A DNA stretch of 39,980 nt from a virus (Duplodnaviria > Caudoviricetes), in IMG/VR virus record IMGVR_UViG_3300032243_000128, positions 1 through 39,980 of that record, one strand, 5' to 3'. The notes beneath the pieces were generated by a model. The model saw only the letters and a program-made list of their open reading frames with translations, was not told the origin of the DNA and made no database searches. Position numbers and translations under genes: made by a program. Of this stretch, positions 17,763-26,538 are shown piece by piece; position 1 is the first letter of the stretch, and every line of letters starts with the position of its first letter.

Positions 17763-20594
17763 TTAAGCCTGTGCTTCTTTCCAAGACAAACGAGTGTACA
17801 CACTTGGTGTTGCCAAACTAACCACGTTGGTAGCGCAAACATACAAAACATCAGGGCCATCTGGGTACACATTGGCAGGGCTTGTAGACACAGCAGAGCT
17901 AGTACCACCACCCAAAATTGAATTACCAATGTCACGTACTTGAGTCAAGTCTAAAGTTGTTTGACCACCTGTGTTGGTATAAAACGCAGCAACTGACTCA
18001 CCACCAACCAATGTGCCACTATTTAAAGTGTTTACCGAAACTTGAGCCAATGATGAGATAACAGCGCTAACACCTTGAGAAATTGGCGAAGTCCAAGCCC
18101 CCCATGCTCCGCCTGATACATAACCGTTCAACACCAAAGTAATTAAAGTAGTGCCGCTTGCAACAACCCCCAACTCAAGTAGCGTCAACTGCATACGGTT
18201 AATAATTTCTTTTTGACCAAGCAATCCAACTTGACCGTTATCTACTGATGGGGCAATTCGAATTGCAAGCAATGGACACACTAAAGTAGTTGTAGTAAGT
18301 AAAGCTACCGGGGCATTTATACCGTAGTTAAAAATCAACGATTTATCGTCGTTGAAAGAGCCATCCATGATTACTGATGAACCCCAATGAGACAGGGATG
18401 GCACAGTATCAGGAGACGCAAACTCAACCGCTACAGGGGCTGTTGCTGAGTAGGTAAACGCTGTTGCAGCGGCTCCACCAGTTTGACCGCGAGTTAAACC
18501 ATACAAGAAGCTGCCGTCATTACCTGCGTAAGCAATGTACTCAATTGCTCCAGAAGCGCCTGATGCTTGTACTTTAACTGAACCACTTGGAGCAAAACCA
18601 GCTCCATTATCAATATCAATCGAAGATGGGCCGATTGCTGTGCCACTTGCATAAGATTTTGCAACCGTGCCGCCATAACCTTTTATACAACCAATTAAAC
18701 TAGAACCTGATATGCCTGTGTAGTAAATATACTCAGTGCCGATAACAGCAACACCAGCAGAGTTAAAGTTAGTTGTTGAAGTTATTGGAACTGTTACAGC
18801 ATCAACAGTAATTGCCGCAGATAGTGTGGTTGTTCCGCCGGTACTTAAACTGGCTGACAACTGCGTTATTGGAGACTGTCCATTTGACTCATAGTGAGCC
18901 GCCATGTTTCCAGAACGCATGTAGGCTTCAAACTGTACGTTATTGTTTTGAATCTGTGTAACGTAGGTTATTTGTCCTTTTGAACCACGGAAACCAAAAC
19001 GAACAACACCAGCACCGTACCATGAGTAGTCGATGTACCACATCTGCATACGAGTCAGATCAATGTTATATCCTGATGGGCCTGTACCATCAGCTCTATC
19101 GTACCAAGATGACTGTGGGATTTTGAAATCAATTGTGCGTGACACCAAAGCACCGCTAATCGTAGTGCCGCGATACTCAGGAGAAACCTGCAAAACAGTA
19201 TCGCTGGTAATCGTAAGCACTTTATAAGACTGCCCACGGATAACAATATAGTCACCAATCAATAATTGACTTGAAAATGCGCTACCCGTACCCGTAACAA
19301 TGTTTGAGCCGTTGGTTACGGCAACTGTTCCGTTGATCTGGTTAATGGAATTTCGTAGCACAGCGTACAAAGTCTGACCATCAAACTCAAAAAAGAATCC
19401 GTTTTGCTGGTCAAACATTCCAACACGATTAGAAGATCCATACCAACTCAAAGGGCTGATACGAATAAGTCCTGTTGCAGGAGTGGTGCCAATACTATTG
19501 ACAGTTGTGTATGTAAAAGATGTTGGGTTGACAATAGACGCAATAGTAAATGTTCCGTTATATACGCCTTGATTACATCCAGCTACCTGTATTTTAGAAC
19601 CTACTGTCATGTTATGAACATAACGAGTGGTGACTGTCGCAGTTGTTCCAGTACCCGTAATAGAAGTAACAAACAGCGCAGGTTTCAAAGATGAGCCCGT
19701 AGAGAACTGAATACCCTTGCCAGACTGGTAACGGAAATAACGACGTGTTTGACGAATCAACTGTTGATTAGGCGCTCCACCACCAGCAGTAAATGCCACA
19801 CCACCATCAAAAGTACGGGGTTCCACATAACCAGCAGGACGGGCATAAAGCGTAGTATTGTTAGCAACGTTGGTAATAGCTAGTGCCGCCACCGTACCGT
19901 TGGTGTTTACAAAAGTGAATGTGTTAGCTGTTGGTACTGTCGCAACAACAAACGCACCGTTGATGGTTGTTCCTGAGCTGGTTGTACCCTTGATATAAAT
20001 CAAACTGTCTTTTTGCAAACCGTGAGCGCCCGTCGTTGTACAAGTTACAGTAGCTGTACCGTCTGTTACAAACGCTGTTGTTGAAGTTAATGCAATACCA
20101 CAGTTTGAATAGAAATAACCTTGATACACATAAGTGCCTGTCGCACTAAACTTTTCCCCTGCTGCTGGCGCAGTTGTGGGAATACAGGTCATTGTTGTTG
20201 TTCCACCTGCTATTGTCCACCACCATCCGTTAGCATATGCGTCAGTTGCATTTTGGATAAAGATTGGCGAATTAGCGGGGACATTAAATGTGCCAGTAAT
20301 TGTTAATGTTGTTGTGCCTGTGATTGATGTAACAACCAAAGGCTGTTGCGGAATAATATATGTACTTTGCCTATTGTTTTGCAAAGAAATAGATTCCCAC
20401 TTTGTAGGCTGCGTACCATATTCAAAGTCGGTATCAATCAACGCCTGTGGTTGAGATACGCGGAATTTTCCTACTGGGTCTTGTGTACCCGGTGCAGGTG
20501 TTACAAAAGGCGCAGCAGCGCCTGAAGCGTTTGATCCTTGAATAGGAATTGATTTGTTTGACGCTGAGTCAACTACTGTCCATCCACCTGACAT
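17763..20594 (-). CDS. Large multi-domain beta-rich virion protein (fibre/spike-like)
   Basis: Start ATG 20594 after AAGGAG; 'RVSQPQALIDTDFEYG.QPTKWE', 'RQTRRYFRYQSGKG', 'IDYSWYGAG'; several inserted Thr-rich domains. Confidence 0.7.
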   Translation of the reverse strand: MSGGWTVVDSASNKSIPIQGSNASGAAAPFVTPAPGTQDPVGKFRVSQPQALIDTDFEYGTQPTKWESISLQNNRQSTYIIPQQPLVVTSITGTTTLTITGTFNVPANSPIFIQNATDAYANGWWWTIAGGTTTMTCIPTTAPAAGEKFSATGTYVYQGYFYSNCGIALTSTTAFVTDGTATVTCTTTGAHGLQKDSLIYIKGTTSSGTTINGAFVVATVPTANTFTFVNTNGTVAALAITNVANNTTLYARPAGYVEPRTFDGGVAFTAGGGAPNQQLIRQTRRYFRYQSGKGIQFSTGSSLKPALFVTSITGTGTTATVTTRYVHNMTVGSKIQVAGCNQGVYNGTFTIASIVNPTSFTYTTVNSIGTTPATGLIRISPLSWYGSSNRVGMFDQQNGFFFEFDGQTLYAVLRNSINQINGTVAVTNGSNIVTGTGSAFSSQLLIGDYIVIRGQSYKVLTITSDTVLQVSPEYRGTTISGALVSRTIDFKIPQSSWYDRADGTGPSGYNIDLTRMQMWYIDYSWYGAGVVRFGFRGSKGQITYVTQIQNNNVQFEAYMRSGNMAAHYESNGQSPITQLSASLSTGGTTTLSAAITVDAVTVPITSTTNFNSAGVAVIGTEYIYYTGISGSSLIGCIKGYGGTVAKSYASGTAIGPSSIDIDNGAGFAPSGSVKVQASGASGAIEYIAYAGNDGSFLYGLTRGQTGGAAATAFTYSATAPVAVEFASPDTVPSLSHWGSSVIMDGSFNDDKSLIFNYGINAPVALLTTTTLVCPLLAIRIAPSVDNGQVGLLGQKEIINRMQLTLLELGVVASGTTLITLVLNGYVSGGAWGAWTSPISQGVSAVISSLAQVSVNTLNSGTLVGGESVAAFYTNTGGQTTLDLTQVRDIGNSILGGGTSSAVSTSPANVYPDGPDVLYVCATNVVSLATPSVYTRLSWKEAQA

Positions 20595-20611
20595 ACGATA
20601 CTCCTTTAAAT

Positions 20612-20635
20612 CCAAAGAAGGGGGCCGAAGCCCCC
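20612..20635 (-). terminator. Rho-independent terminator-like hairpin with UUCG loop
   Basis: Minus strand GGGGGC-TTCG-GCCCCC-TTCTTT just after the stop of 20645..21652. Confidence 0.7.
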
Positions 20636-20644
20636 GTTACTCAA

Positions 20645-21652
20645 TTAGTCAAAGTTACCGTATGGGTAAGCAGTGGTACTGCCGATGTTGCCATCAAGCT
20701 GCGTATAACGTGCCGTGAAAAGGAATCTACCAGAAAGTGCTGAACTGATTGTGTAAGTAATACCTGTAGGTGTACCCGCAGTTGTTGTAACCGCAGAGCC
20801 GTCCAAGTTAATAATCTTAAATCCAGTAACAGTACCAGCGCCACCAGTAGCAGTAGCAACCAAATAACTCGTTGGGTTTGTGTAGCCAGTAATTGAACCT
20901 GTACCACCGTATGTTCCAGAAAGAGTTATTGTTTGACCAACAGCCAAGAACGCGTTAGAGGTACAAGTAAAAGTACCAATAGTGTCTGCAATCACAGCAC
21001 CAGCAACAGTCGCCGTAGCAACGCGTGTATCTAGAGAAGTGCCAACAATAGCAAGGGTAAATACAAGCTGTGATACTAGGTTGCTATTAGGGCTTGTACC
21101 TTGACTGTTTGCGGGTGGGTTGGTAATGTCACCAGTAGTGCCAAGCTGTTGGTTATAAAGTTGTGCTGTAGTAAATGTTGACAGCGATTGACGACCAGCA
21201 GCAGTGATAGAACCGGTTTGAAAATATTTTGCTGTACCTGCGGCGGCTGTATAGTTATTTGAAACATACACAGTAGCAGAAGTAAGTGCGGCTGAGCCAC
21301 CAGAAACGGCTACAGGGTTACCGCAATCAACAAAAACATCATTTATGGTTGAACCATAAGGCAGATACATAACAGCACCACGATATATGTTGGTCGCAGA
21401 ATCCGCAGGAATTGTTTGTGCCGTAGGTGGGTATGCCGTAGCAGAAGGTGTATACACCGTTGCTTGTGAATTTGGAATGCCGTTTGATCTAACAAACACG
21501 CCAGAGCCACCAGAATAACCAGAAGTGTTAGCGGTTGTGTTGAGAATGTCTAGGTATGCTGTTTGAACTGCTTCTGTGTAACCTACGTTACGAAGCGGCC
21601 CAAAACGATTGTCGCCCGCAAGAATGGGGCCTTCAAATGTGGAACGTGCCAT
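20645..21652 (-). CDS. Virion structural/decoration protein
   Basis: 335 aa, Thr/Gly-rich, 'MARSTFEGPI' start, AAGGA SD; downstream of capsid gene. Confidence 0.7.
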   Translation of the reverse strand: MARSTFEGPILAGDNRFGPLRNVGYTEAVQTAYLDILNTTANTSGYSGGSGVFVRSNGIPNSQATVYTPSATAYPPTAQTIPADSATNIYRGAVMYLPYGSTINDVFVDCGNPVAVSGGSAALTSATVYVSNNYTAAAGTAKYFQTGSITAAGRQSLSTFTTAQLYNQQLGTTGDITNPPANSQGTSPNSNLVSQLVFTLAIVGTSLDTRVATATVAGAVIADTIGTFTCTSNAFLAVGQTITLSGTYGGTGSITGYTNPTSYLVATATGGAGTVTGFKIINLDGSAVTTTAGTPTGITYTISSALSGRFLFTARYTQLDGNIGSTTAYPYGNFD

Positions 21653-21660
21653 GACAAATG

Positions 21661-21723
21661 TCCTTATGCAAAAGAGCTTTTACCAATCGTTGCATCGTCT
21701 GCTGGGGCAGTGGCGGTAAAAGC
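21661..21723 (-). promoter_or_regulatory. Structured 5' leader (9-bp stem, inner hairpin, possible pseudoknot next to SD)
   Basis: GCTTTTACC/GGTAAAAGC (21715-21723 with 21676-21684), CTGC-CCCA-GCAG, ATGCAA/TTGCAT pairing abutting AAGGA. Confidence 0.55.
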
Positions 21724-21741
21724 AATCACCCAGATGTCGGC

Positions 21742-21769
21742 AATATACATGATTTGTGTAGAATGTCAA
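21742..21769 (-). promoter_or_regulatory. Sigma70-like promoter
   Basis: TTGACA-N16-TATATT on the minus strand upstream of the structured leader. Confidence 0.6.
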
Positions 21770-21770
21770 T

Positions 21771-22142
21771 ATGCCGTACAAAGATCCCGTAAAAAAGAAA
21801 AATAAACAGAAAGGGTATTCCAAAAAGCATTACGAAAGTAACGCAGACAAAGTTAAAGCTGCAACCAAAAAACGCAGTAAAGCGTTAAAAGAAGACTGGA
21901 AAGAATTTAAATCCACTTTGTCCTGCCTTGAATGTGGTATTTATCACCCAGCTATTTTAGATTTTCACCACATTGATCCTGAAATGAAAAACGACAGTGT
22001 GCACAAAATGATACAAGCTGGTAGCTATAAAAAAGCAATAGAAGAGGTTCAACAGTGCGTGGTGCTGTGTTCAAACTGCCATAGGGTTTACCACTACAAC
22101 GAACGCAAAAGAGAAAAAGAAAAAGGGGCCGAAGCCCCCTAG
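21771..22142 (+). CDS. HNH endonuclease (free-standing, opposite strand)
   Basis: CxxC (CLEC), 'LDFHHID', 'CVVLCSNCHRVYH'; basic N-terminus. Confidence 0.85.
   Translation: MPYKDPVKKKNKQKGYSKKHYESNADKVKAATKKRSKALKEDWKEFKSTLSCLECGIYHPAILDFHHIDPEMKNDSVHKMIQAGSYKKAIEEVQQCVVLCSNCHRVYHYNERKREKEKGAEAP
22107..22138 (-). terminator. Rho-independent terminator with UUCG loop, embedded in the HNH 3' end
   Basis: Minus strand GGGGC-TTCG-GCCCC-TTTTTCTTTTTCTCTTTT after the acidic gene. Confidence 0.8.
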
Positions 22143-22145
22143 TAT

Positions 22146-22165
22146 TCGCTATTCGCGAATAGCGA
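22146..22165. repeat. Perfect 20-bp palindrome
   Basis: TCGCTATTCGCGAATAGCGA between two convergent stop codons. Confidence 0.9.
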
Positions 22166-22537
22166 TTACTCGTCAATTTTAGTAATGACGTATGTGGTCA
22201 CGGTAGAAGATTCATCTTCTTCGGATTCGTCTTCATCAGACTCTTCGTCTTCAACATACTCAATCCAGTCAGCAGACTCTTCGTCGTAGACATACCAAGT
22301 ATCAATTTCTTCGTCGTACCAATACCAAGCATCGGTATCTTCATCATAAACGTAGTCATCATCTTCGTCTTCGTCTTCGTAAGACACTGCTTCGTAATCA
22401 ACAGCCCAACCATGTTCTTGCTGGAACGCAACGAACTCTTGGATGATTTGTGCTTTATCAAAATCAGTGGTGTGGATGACTAATTTTTCGTCGTCTTCAA
22501 AACCCCAAACAGAAATATCAATTTCAACCTTGTACAT
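22166..22537 (-). CDS. Highly acidic, aromatic-repeat protein (moron)
   Basis: Start ATG 22537 after AAGGGG; D/E-rich, with three (W/Y)Yx YDE(E/D) repeats. Confidence 0.75.
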   Translation of the reverse strand: MYKVEIDISVWGFEDDEKLVIHTTDFDKAQIIQEFVAFQQEHGWAVDYEAVSYEDEDEDDDYVYDEDTDAWYWYDEEIDTWYVYDEESADWIEYVEDEESDEDESEEDESSTVTTYVITKIDE

Positions 22538-22581
22538 TTTTAACCCCTTAAAAAATTGGTGCAGCCCAATGCCGCAAAACA

Positions 22582-22610
22582 ATCCTACGGAACCTCTATG
22601 ACGTTTGCAA
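22582..22610 (-). promoter_or_regulatory. Sigma70-like promoter of the acidic moron gene
   Basis: TTGCAA-N17-TAGGAT directly after the capsid terminator. Confidence 0.65.
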
Positions 22611-22614
22611 GGCT

Positions 22615-22642
22615 AATAAAAAAGGGCCCCTTTTGGGGGCCC
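22615..22642 (-). terminator. Terminator after major capsid gene
   Basis: Minus strand GGGCCCC-CAAAA-GGGGCCC-TTTTTTATT. Confidence 0.85.
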
Positions 22643-22668
22643 CCATTTGGTTATTTAAAACCAAATTA

Positions 22669-23580
22669 TCAGAACGAACCAGAGGAACCAAAAACACCCA
22701 ATGGATCAGAGAACCCGAACGAATAACGTTCACGGGCTTTGTAACGCACGTTGCCGGTATCAAAGTCGCCGTCCATGCTGTTAGCCAGCGGAGTACGAAC
22801 GAACATTTTCAAACCGTTAGGTACGTCTGTCGTCAAGAACCAAGCATTGGTGTCTGTCAAGTAGTGGTTGACAGTGTAGCCTTCAGGGATTGAACCGTTA
22901 TTCTTGATTGCGTTAATGTCGTTGTTGTTTGTACCAACGCGCAACTCAGTTTCGAGCAAGCGGGTAGCAACGAACATCAATGCAGGCGGAATAATCAGCT
23001 TGCGTGGTTTAGCAGCAATCAACAGGCCACGCTCATCAGTCCAAGCAGCGATACCAATCACGGCGGCTTCCAAAGAAGTCTCGTTCAAGTCGGCTTGAGT
23101 AGCAGGAGTGTTGGCGTTGGTACCACCGTTGACCAAGGGGTGTGCAGTGCTAAAAAGAGCAACGCCATCACCGCCGGTATAAGCAGCAGAGAAGCCGTTG
23201 TTCAATGTAGCAGCAGCTTTTACCTGCTTGGTATATGCCATTGCACGAGCCAGACCTTTGGTGTAGCGAGCAGACAAGGAGTCGTAGAGGTTATCTTCAA
23301 CTGCTTCTTCTGTGATCGCAAAGCCCAAGGCAATGGTTTCGTGGTTGTAGCGTGCTGTGAAAGCTTCTTGTGCATTGTCATAAGCGATGGCTGAGCCTTC
23401 GTTCTTAACAGGTGCAGCAGAGAAACCTGAAAGTTTCGTTTCTTCTTCAAAAGAACGCTCAGAGGTTTCGATTTCATAAATTTCTTTATGTTCTTCACCG
23501 TAACGTGCGTACTCCAAACCAAACAATGCGTTCAGTCCGGGGAGGAGTTCCTTCAATAGTTGTGCGCGTGAAATAGCCAT
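22669..23580 (-). CDS. Major capsid protein (HK97 fold, Mu gpT-like family)
   Basis: 303 aa; 'MAISRAQLLKELLPGLNALFG', 'DGVALFSTAHP', 'PRKLIIPPAL', 'DFDTGNVRYKARERYSFG'; strong SD and terminator. Confidence 0.9.
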   Translation of the reverse strand: MAISRAQLLKELLPGLNALFGLEYARYGEEHKEIYEIETSERSFEEETKLSGFSAAPVKNEGSAIAYDNAQEAFTARYNHETIALGFAITEEAVEDNLYDSLSARYTKGLARAMAYTKQVKAAATLNNGFSAAYTGGDGVALFSTAHPLVNGGTNANTPATQADLNETSLEAAVIGIAAWTDERGLLIAAKPRKLIIPPALMFVATRLLETELRVGTNNNDINAIKNNGSIPEGYTVNHYLTDTNAWFLTTDVPNGLKMFVRTPLANSMDGDFDTGNVRYKARERYSFGFSDPLGVFGSSGSF

Positions 23581-23592
23581 TTAAGTTACTCC

Positions 23593-24489
23593 TTAAGCTG
23601 TTTGAGTACCAAGAGCAGTGTAGTACGAGTGAACAGCAAAGTTAATCTTGCAAAGAACTTCCTGATACTGCGTAAACACCATCGTGGATCCGGTTGGAAT
23701 AACGGTAGCCGTAGCAGCAGCGCCGCCAGCATTAACTACCCCGTATTGGGCATTGACAACTACTGATGTTGCGCCAGCAGAAGCTGCTGTAGAAACCCAG
23801 TTTGCTGTACCAACGTATTGACCGTTTGCTGCTAAGAAACCAACCGCAGTACCCACTGGGAGTGCTTGCACTGTGTTATTAGTAGCTGACAAAGTCAAAG
23901 TTGTTGTGCCTGAAGACCATGTTGCTGTTCCCAAAGGAATAGCTGTCTCTTGAACCATATCAACAATACGGACAGGTAAAGCAGCGGTTGTGGCAGCAGA
24001 AGATGCCAAAATGCCGTTTGACGAGTTACCAGTATTGACGCTACCAGCCAAGTTAGAGACGGTCATATTAAGACCAATCATTGCAGGTGATGCTGAGCCA
24101 ATAGTTGTGCCGCCTTGAGTGGTAACAACAGCCGCTCTAAAGACCGTATCAGGATCATCAGTCACGATAGCAACGCCGTCTCCAGCTAAAGTCGAAGCAG
24201 GCCAGTATTGGCTAAAACGTTTTTGCTTGGTTACTGGGTCTGTATAAGAACAGCCCAAGAAAATACCCACAGCACCGTAACCAGCCGCACCGGTGGAAGC
24301 AGAGCCGCCATCAGTAACTGCTAAGCGGGTAACAAAACCGCGAGTGATTGCTACAAAATCGCCATAGAAAATGTTGGTAGCGTATCCGTATTGAACGGGG
24401 ATATTACGGGTAGAACCCGCAAACACCTGACCACCAATCAAGTTCACCGGCTTTAGCCCGTAAGGGCCACTAATCGTCGGAAAAGCCAT
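23593..24489 (-). CDS. Capsid decoration/cement-like protein
   Basis: 298 aa immediately upstream of MCP; 'PYGLKPV', 'IFYGD.V', 'GIFLGCSYTDP', 'DDPD'. Confidence 0.65.
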   Translation of the reverse strand: MAFPTISGPYGLKPVNLIGGQVFAGSTRNIPVQYGYATNIFYGDFVAITRGFVTRLAVTDGGSASTGAAGYGAVGIFLGCSYTDPVTKQKRFSQYWPASTLAGDGVAIVTDDPDTVFRAAVVTTQGGTTIGSASPAMIGLNMTVSNLAGSVNTGNSSNGILASSAATTAALPVRIVDMVQETAIPLGTATWSSGTTTLTLSATNNTVQALPVGTAVGFLAANGQYVGTANWVSTAASAGATSVVVNAQYGVVNAGGAAATATVIPTGSTMVFTQYQEVLCKINFAVHSYYTALGTQTA

Positions 24490-24500
24490 TTGAGACTCCT

Positions 24501-24950
24501 TTATTTTGAACCAGAACCAAATCCGCTTCCTCTGCTGACTGTCGATTGTCTTTCGGCAAACAGCGGCATACGCGGGTCATTTTGTCGCATGAAATTATTG
24601 TCCACAGATTGAATCTGGGCTTTATTCTGCTCTTCAAAGTACTCCTTGATGGAAGCGAGTCTGTCGGTTGGCATCTTGCAAAGCATGAGTCCACCAATTT
24701 CCACGTTGCCATTAGCAGCACCTTCAAGCATAAGCTCAGGGTGATCTGTTGCCTTAACCGGTTCCCAGCCATCGCGCATCTTGCGAGATACGTTGGTCGG
24801 GTCTGAAGCACCGAGAATGTGTGTCGCTATCCAGCGATACGACCATCCGGGTTCAGGTGTTGGATCGGGCAGAGTGCTCGATGGCTTATAGACATAACGA
24901 GCAGTTTTTTCGCGTGACACTACATCACGAGGGGTACGGTTTTCAGCCAT
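24501..24950 (-). CDS. Conserved head-module hypothetical protein
   Basis: 149 aa; 'LPDP.P.PGW.YRWI...N.S.K.R.GWEPV...IGGL.LCK.P'. Confidence 0.75.
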   Translation of the reverse strand: MAENRTPRDVVSREKTARYVYKPSSTLPDPTPEPGWSYRWIATHILGASDPTNVSRKMRDGWEPVKATDHPELMLEGAANGNVEIGGLMLCKMPTDRLASIKEYFEEQNKAQIQSVDNNFMRQNDPRMPLFAERQSTVSRGSGFGSGSK

Positions 24951-25902
24951 TTGAATTCTCCAATTTTAAAACTTCAGCAACATATTTCTTAGGGTCAAGG
25001 TTGTACTTTTTAATTAACGCCGCTTGAGTCGGAGTTAACTGTATCTTCCTTGTTCCAGTCGAACGAGTTGCCGGAGCAACTACTGCTGCCGGTTTTCTAC
25101 TGGAAGTATCAACCGACCTCGGCCTGTCTTCAGCACCACCGAAAACTTCGGGGAACTTTGACTTCACGCGAGCATCTATTTGCTCGAAATAATCATCACT
25201 GCGGGGATCTACTCCACCGTTGACTAGTTTTTGGTGCAGCCCTAGTGCAAAGCTGGTAACTTCTTCGAACCCGTCTGAGCCAAACCACTGGTTTTTTGCT
25301 TGCCAGCGCAAGGTTTTTTCGTCAGCTCGCACCGGTTCGGATGCTTGTTGTCGCGGTTGTACCTCATAATTTTCGTTTTGTAAAGCAGGTGGACGGAAAT
25401 TTTGTGCATTTTGCAACTTTAATTTAGCTTCAAATAGACTTTCCTGTGCGGCAAGTATGGCATCAGTGTCAAAAGCTTCCTGTGCCGCCTTGTATTCCCG
25501 CCGAGCTTTGTCCAGTTCCGCTTCGGCTGCGGTCTTGGCCATGACTCCGTACTGTTCTGTACCAGTACTGACGTACTGTTTGAGCTTTTTATTCTCTTCA
25601 GACATGTGTTGCGCAATGCGCTCAAGCTCTTGTTTTTCGCGTAACAAAGCTTCTTTGGCACGGCGCTCGTCATGACGTGCGTGTGTGAGTTCTTTAATTC
25701 GGTCTTGAACTTTTTTGCCGTACGAATCAATTTCTTCTTCGGTCGGGTCTTCTACGTCTTTGTCAAGCTTGGGACTGAACCGATCATTTGGGGGTGTATC
25801 GTCAACGATTTCAATTTCAACATCGCCCTCTTCGTCTTGCAGAGCTACTTGGTTTTTCTTTTCGTCTTCGATTTCGTCCGGGAATTTGTATGCTTCTGGC
25901 AT
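24943..25902 (-). CDS. Scaffolding protein (putative)
   Basis: Acidic N-terminus, long coiled coil, 'W..KN.WFG'; lies between portal and MCP. Confidence 0.7.
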   Translation of the reverse strand: MPEAYKFPDEIEDEKKNQVALQDEEGDVEIEIVDDTPPNDRFSPKLDKDVEDPTEEEIDSYGKKVQDRIKELTHARHDERRAKEALLREKQELERIAQHMSEENKKLKQYVSTGTEQYGVMAKTAAEAELDKARREYKAAQEAFDTDAILAAQESLFEAKLKLQNAQNFRPPALQNENYEVQPRQQASEPVRADEKTLRWQAKNQWFGSDGFEEVTSFALGLHQKLVNGGVDPRSDDYFEQIDARVKSKFPEVFGGAEDRPRSVDTSSRKPAAVVAPATRSTGTRKIQLTPTQAALIKKYNLDPKKYVAEVLKLENSNG

Positions 25903-25913
25903 GTCGTCTCCTG

Positions 25914-26351
25914 TTAAGCGCGGGTTAAGCCACGGGGATCATCCACAACAGCATCCACTTGGTCATCATTGATGAGGCGGAACTCTTTGCCGTAAATCTT
26001 GAATCGCGTACCAGAATAGGTACGTACGAGTACGAAGTCACCTTCCTTGCACCACGCACCTGCGGGGAACTTGGTGGAGTCTTTATACGCGTCGGGGCCA
26101 ACTTTCAATACAAACAACACCGTGGTGGCGTGTTCTTCTTGACGCATGGTGGCTGTGTCGCGCACAAGATCTAGCTCCGTACCAGCAATCTTTTCAGACA
26201 CTGGGGGAACTGCGCACAATATTTTCCATCCCGTAGGAGTAGGAAGCAGTGTGGCTTTTTCATCGTCCGTTGCGTCTTTGGGAGGCGCGTCTAGTTGTAT
26301 AACTGCATCAGGCAGGGCGTACTGCCCCGGTTCAAGAAGTATTTCACTCAT
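25914..26351 (-). CDS. groES: GroES/Cpn10-like co-chaperonin
   Basis: Start ATG 26351; 'PTGWKIL', 'VLKVGP', 'KEGDFVL..YSGT.FK..GKEFRLINDDQV.AVV' match the Cpn10 pattern. Confidence 0.8.
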   Translation of the reverse strand: MSEILLEPGQYALPDAVIQLDAPPKDATDDEKATLLPTPTGWKILCAVPPVSEKIAGTELDLVRDTATMRQEEHATTVLFVLKVGPDAYKDSTKFPAGAWCKEGDFVLVRTYSGTRFKIYGKEFRLINDDQVDAVVDDPRGLTRA

Positions 26352-26538
26352 TGGATTTTTCCACTTTCTCAGCAAGGTCAAGGAGATGGCGCTCTGCGAT
26401 GGCTAGACCCTGAATAGTCCCGCAAAGTTTTTGATACTCTTCAAAAGTGCGACATGCCCCACCAGCGCAATCATCTGCATAGTTGTTCATGTCGATACGT
26501 ATTTTTTCGCGCAATACGCGTGCGAAGTCTTGGATCAT
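26344..26538 (-). CDS. Small helical protein after portal
   Basis: 64 aa, AAGGAG SD; 'EEYQKLCG.IQGL'. Confidence 0.75.
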   Translation of the reverse strand: MIQDFARVLREKIRIDMNNYADDCAGGACRTFEEYQKLCGTIQGLAIAERHLLDLAEKVEKSNE

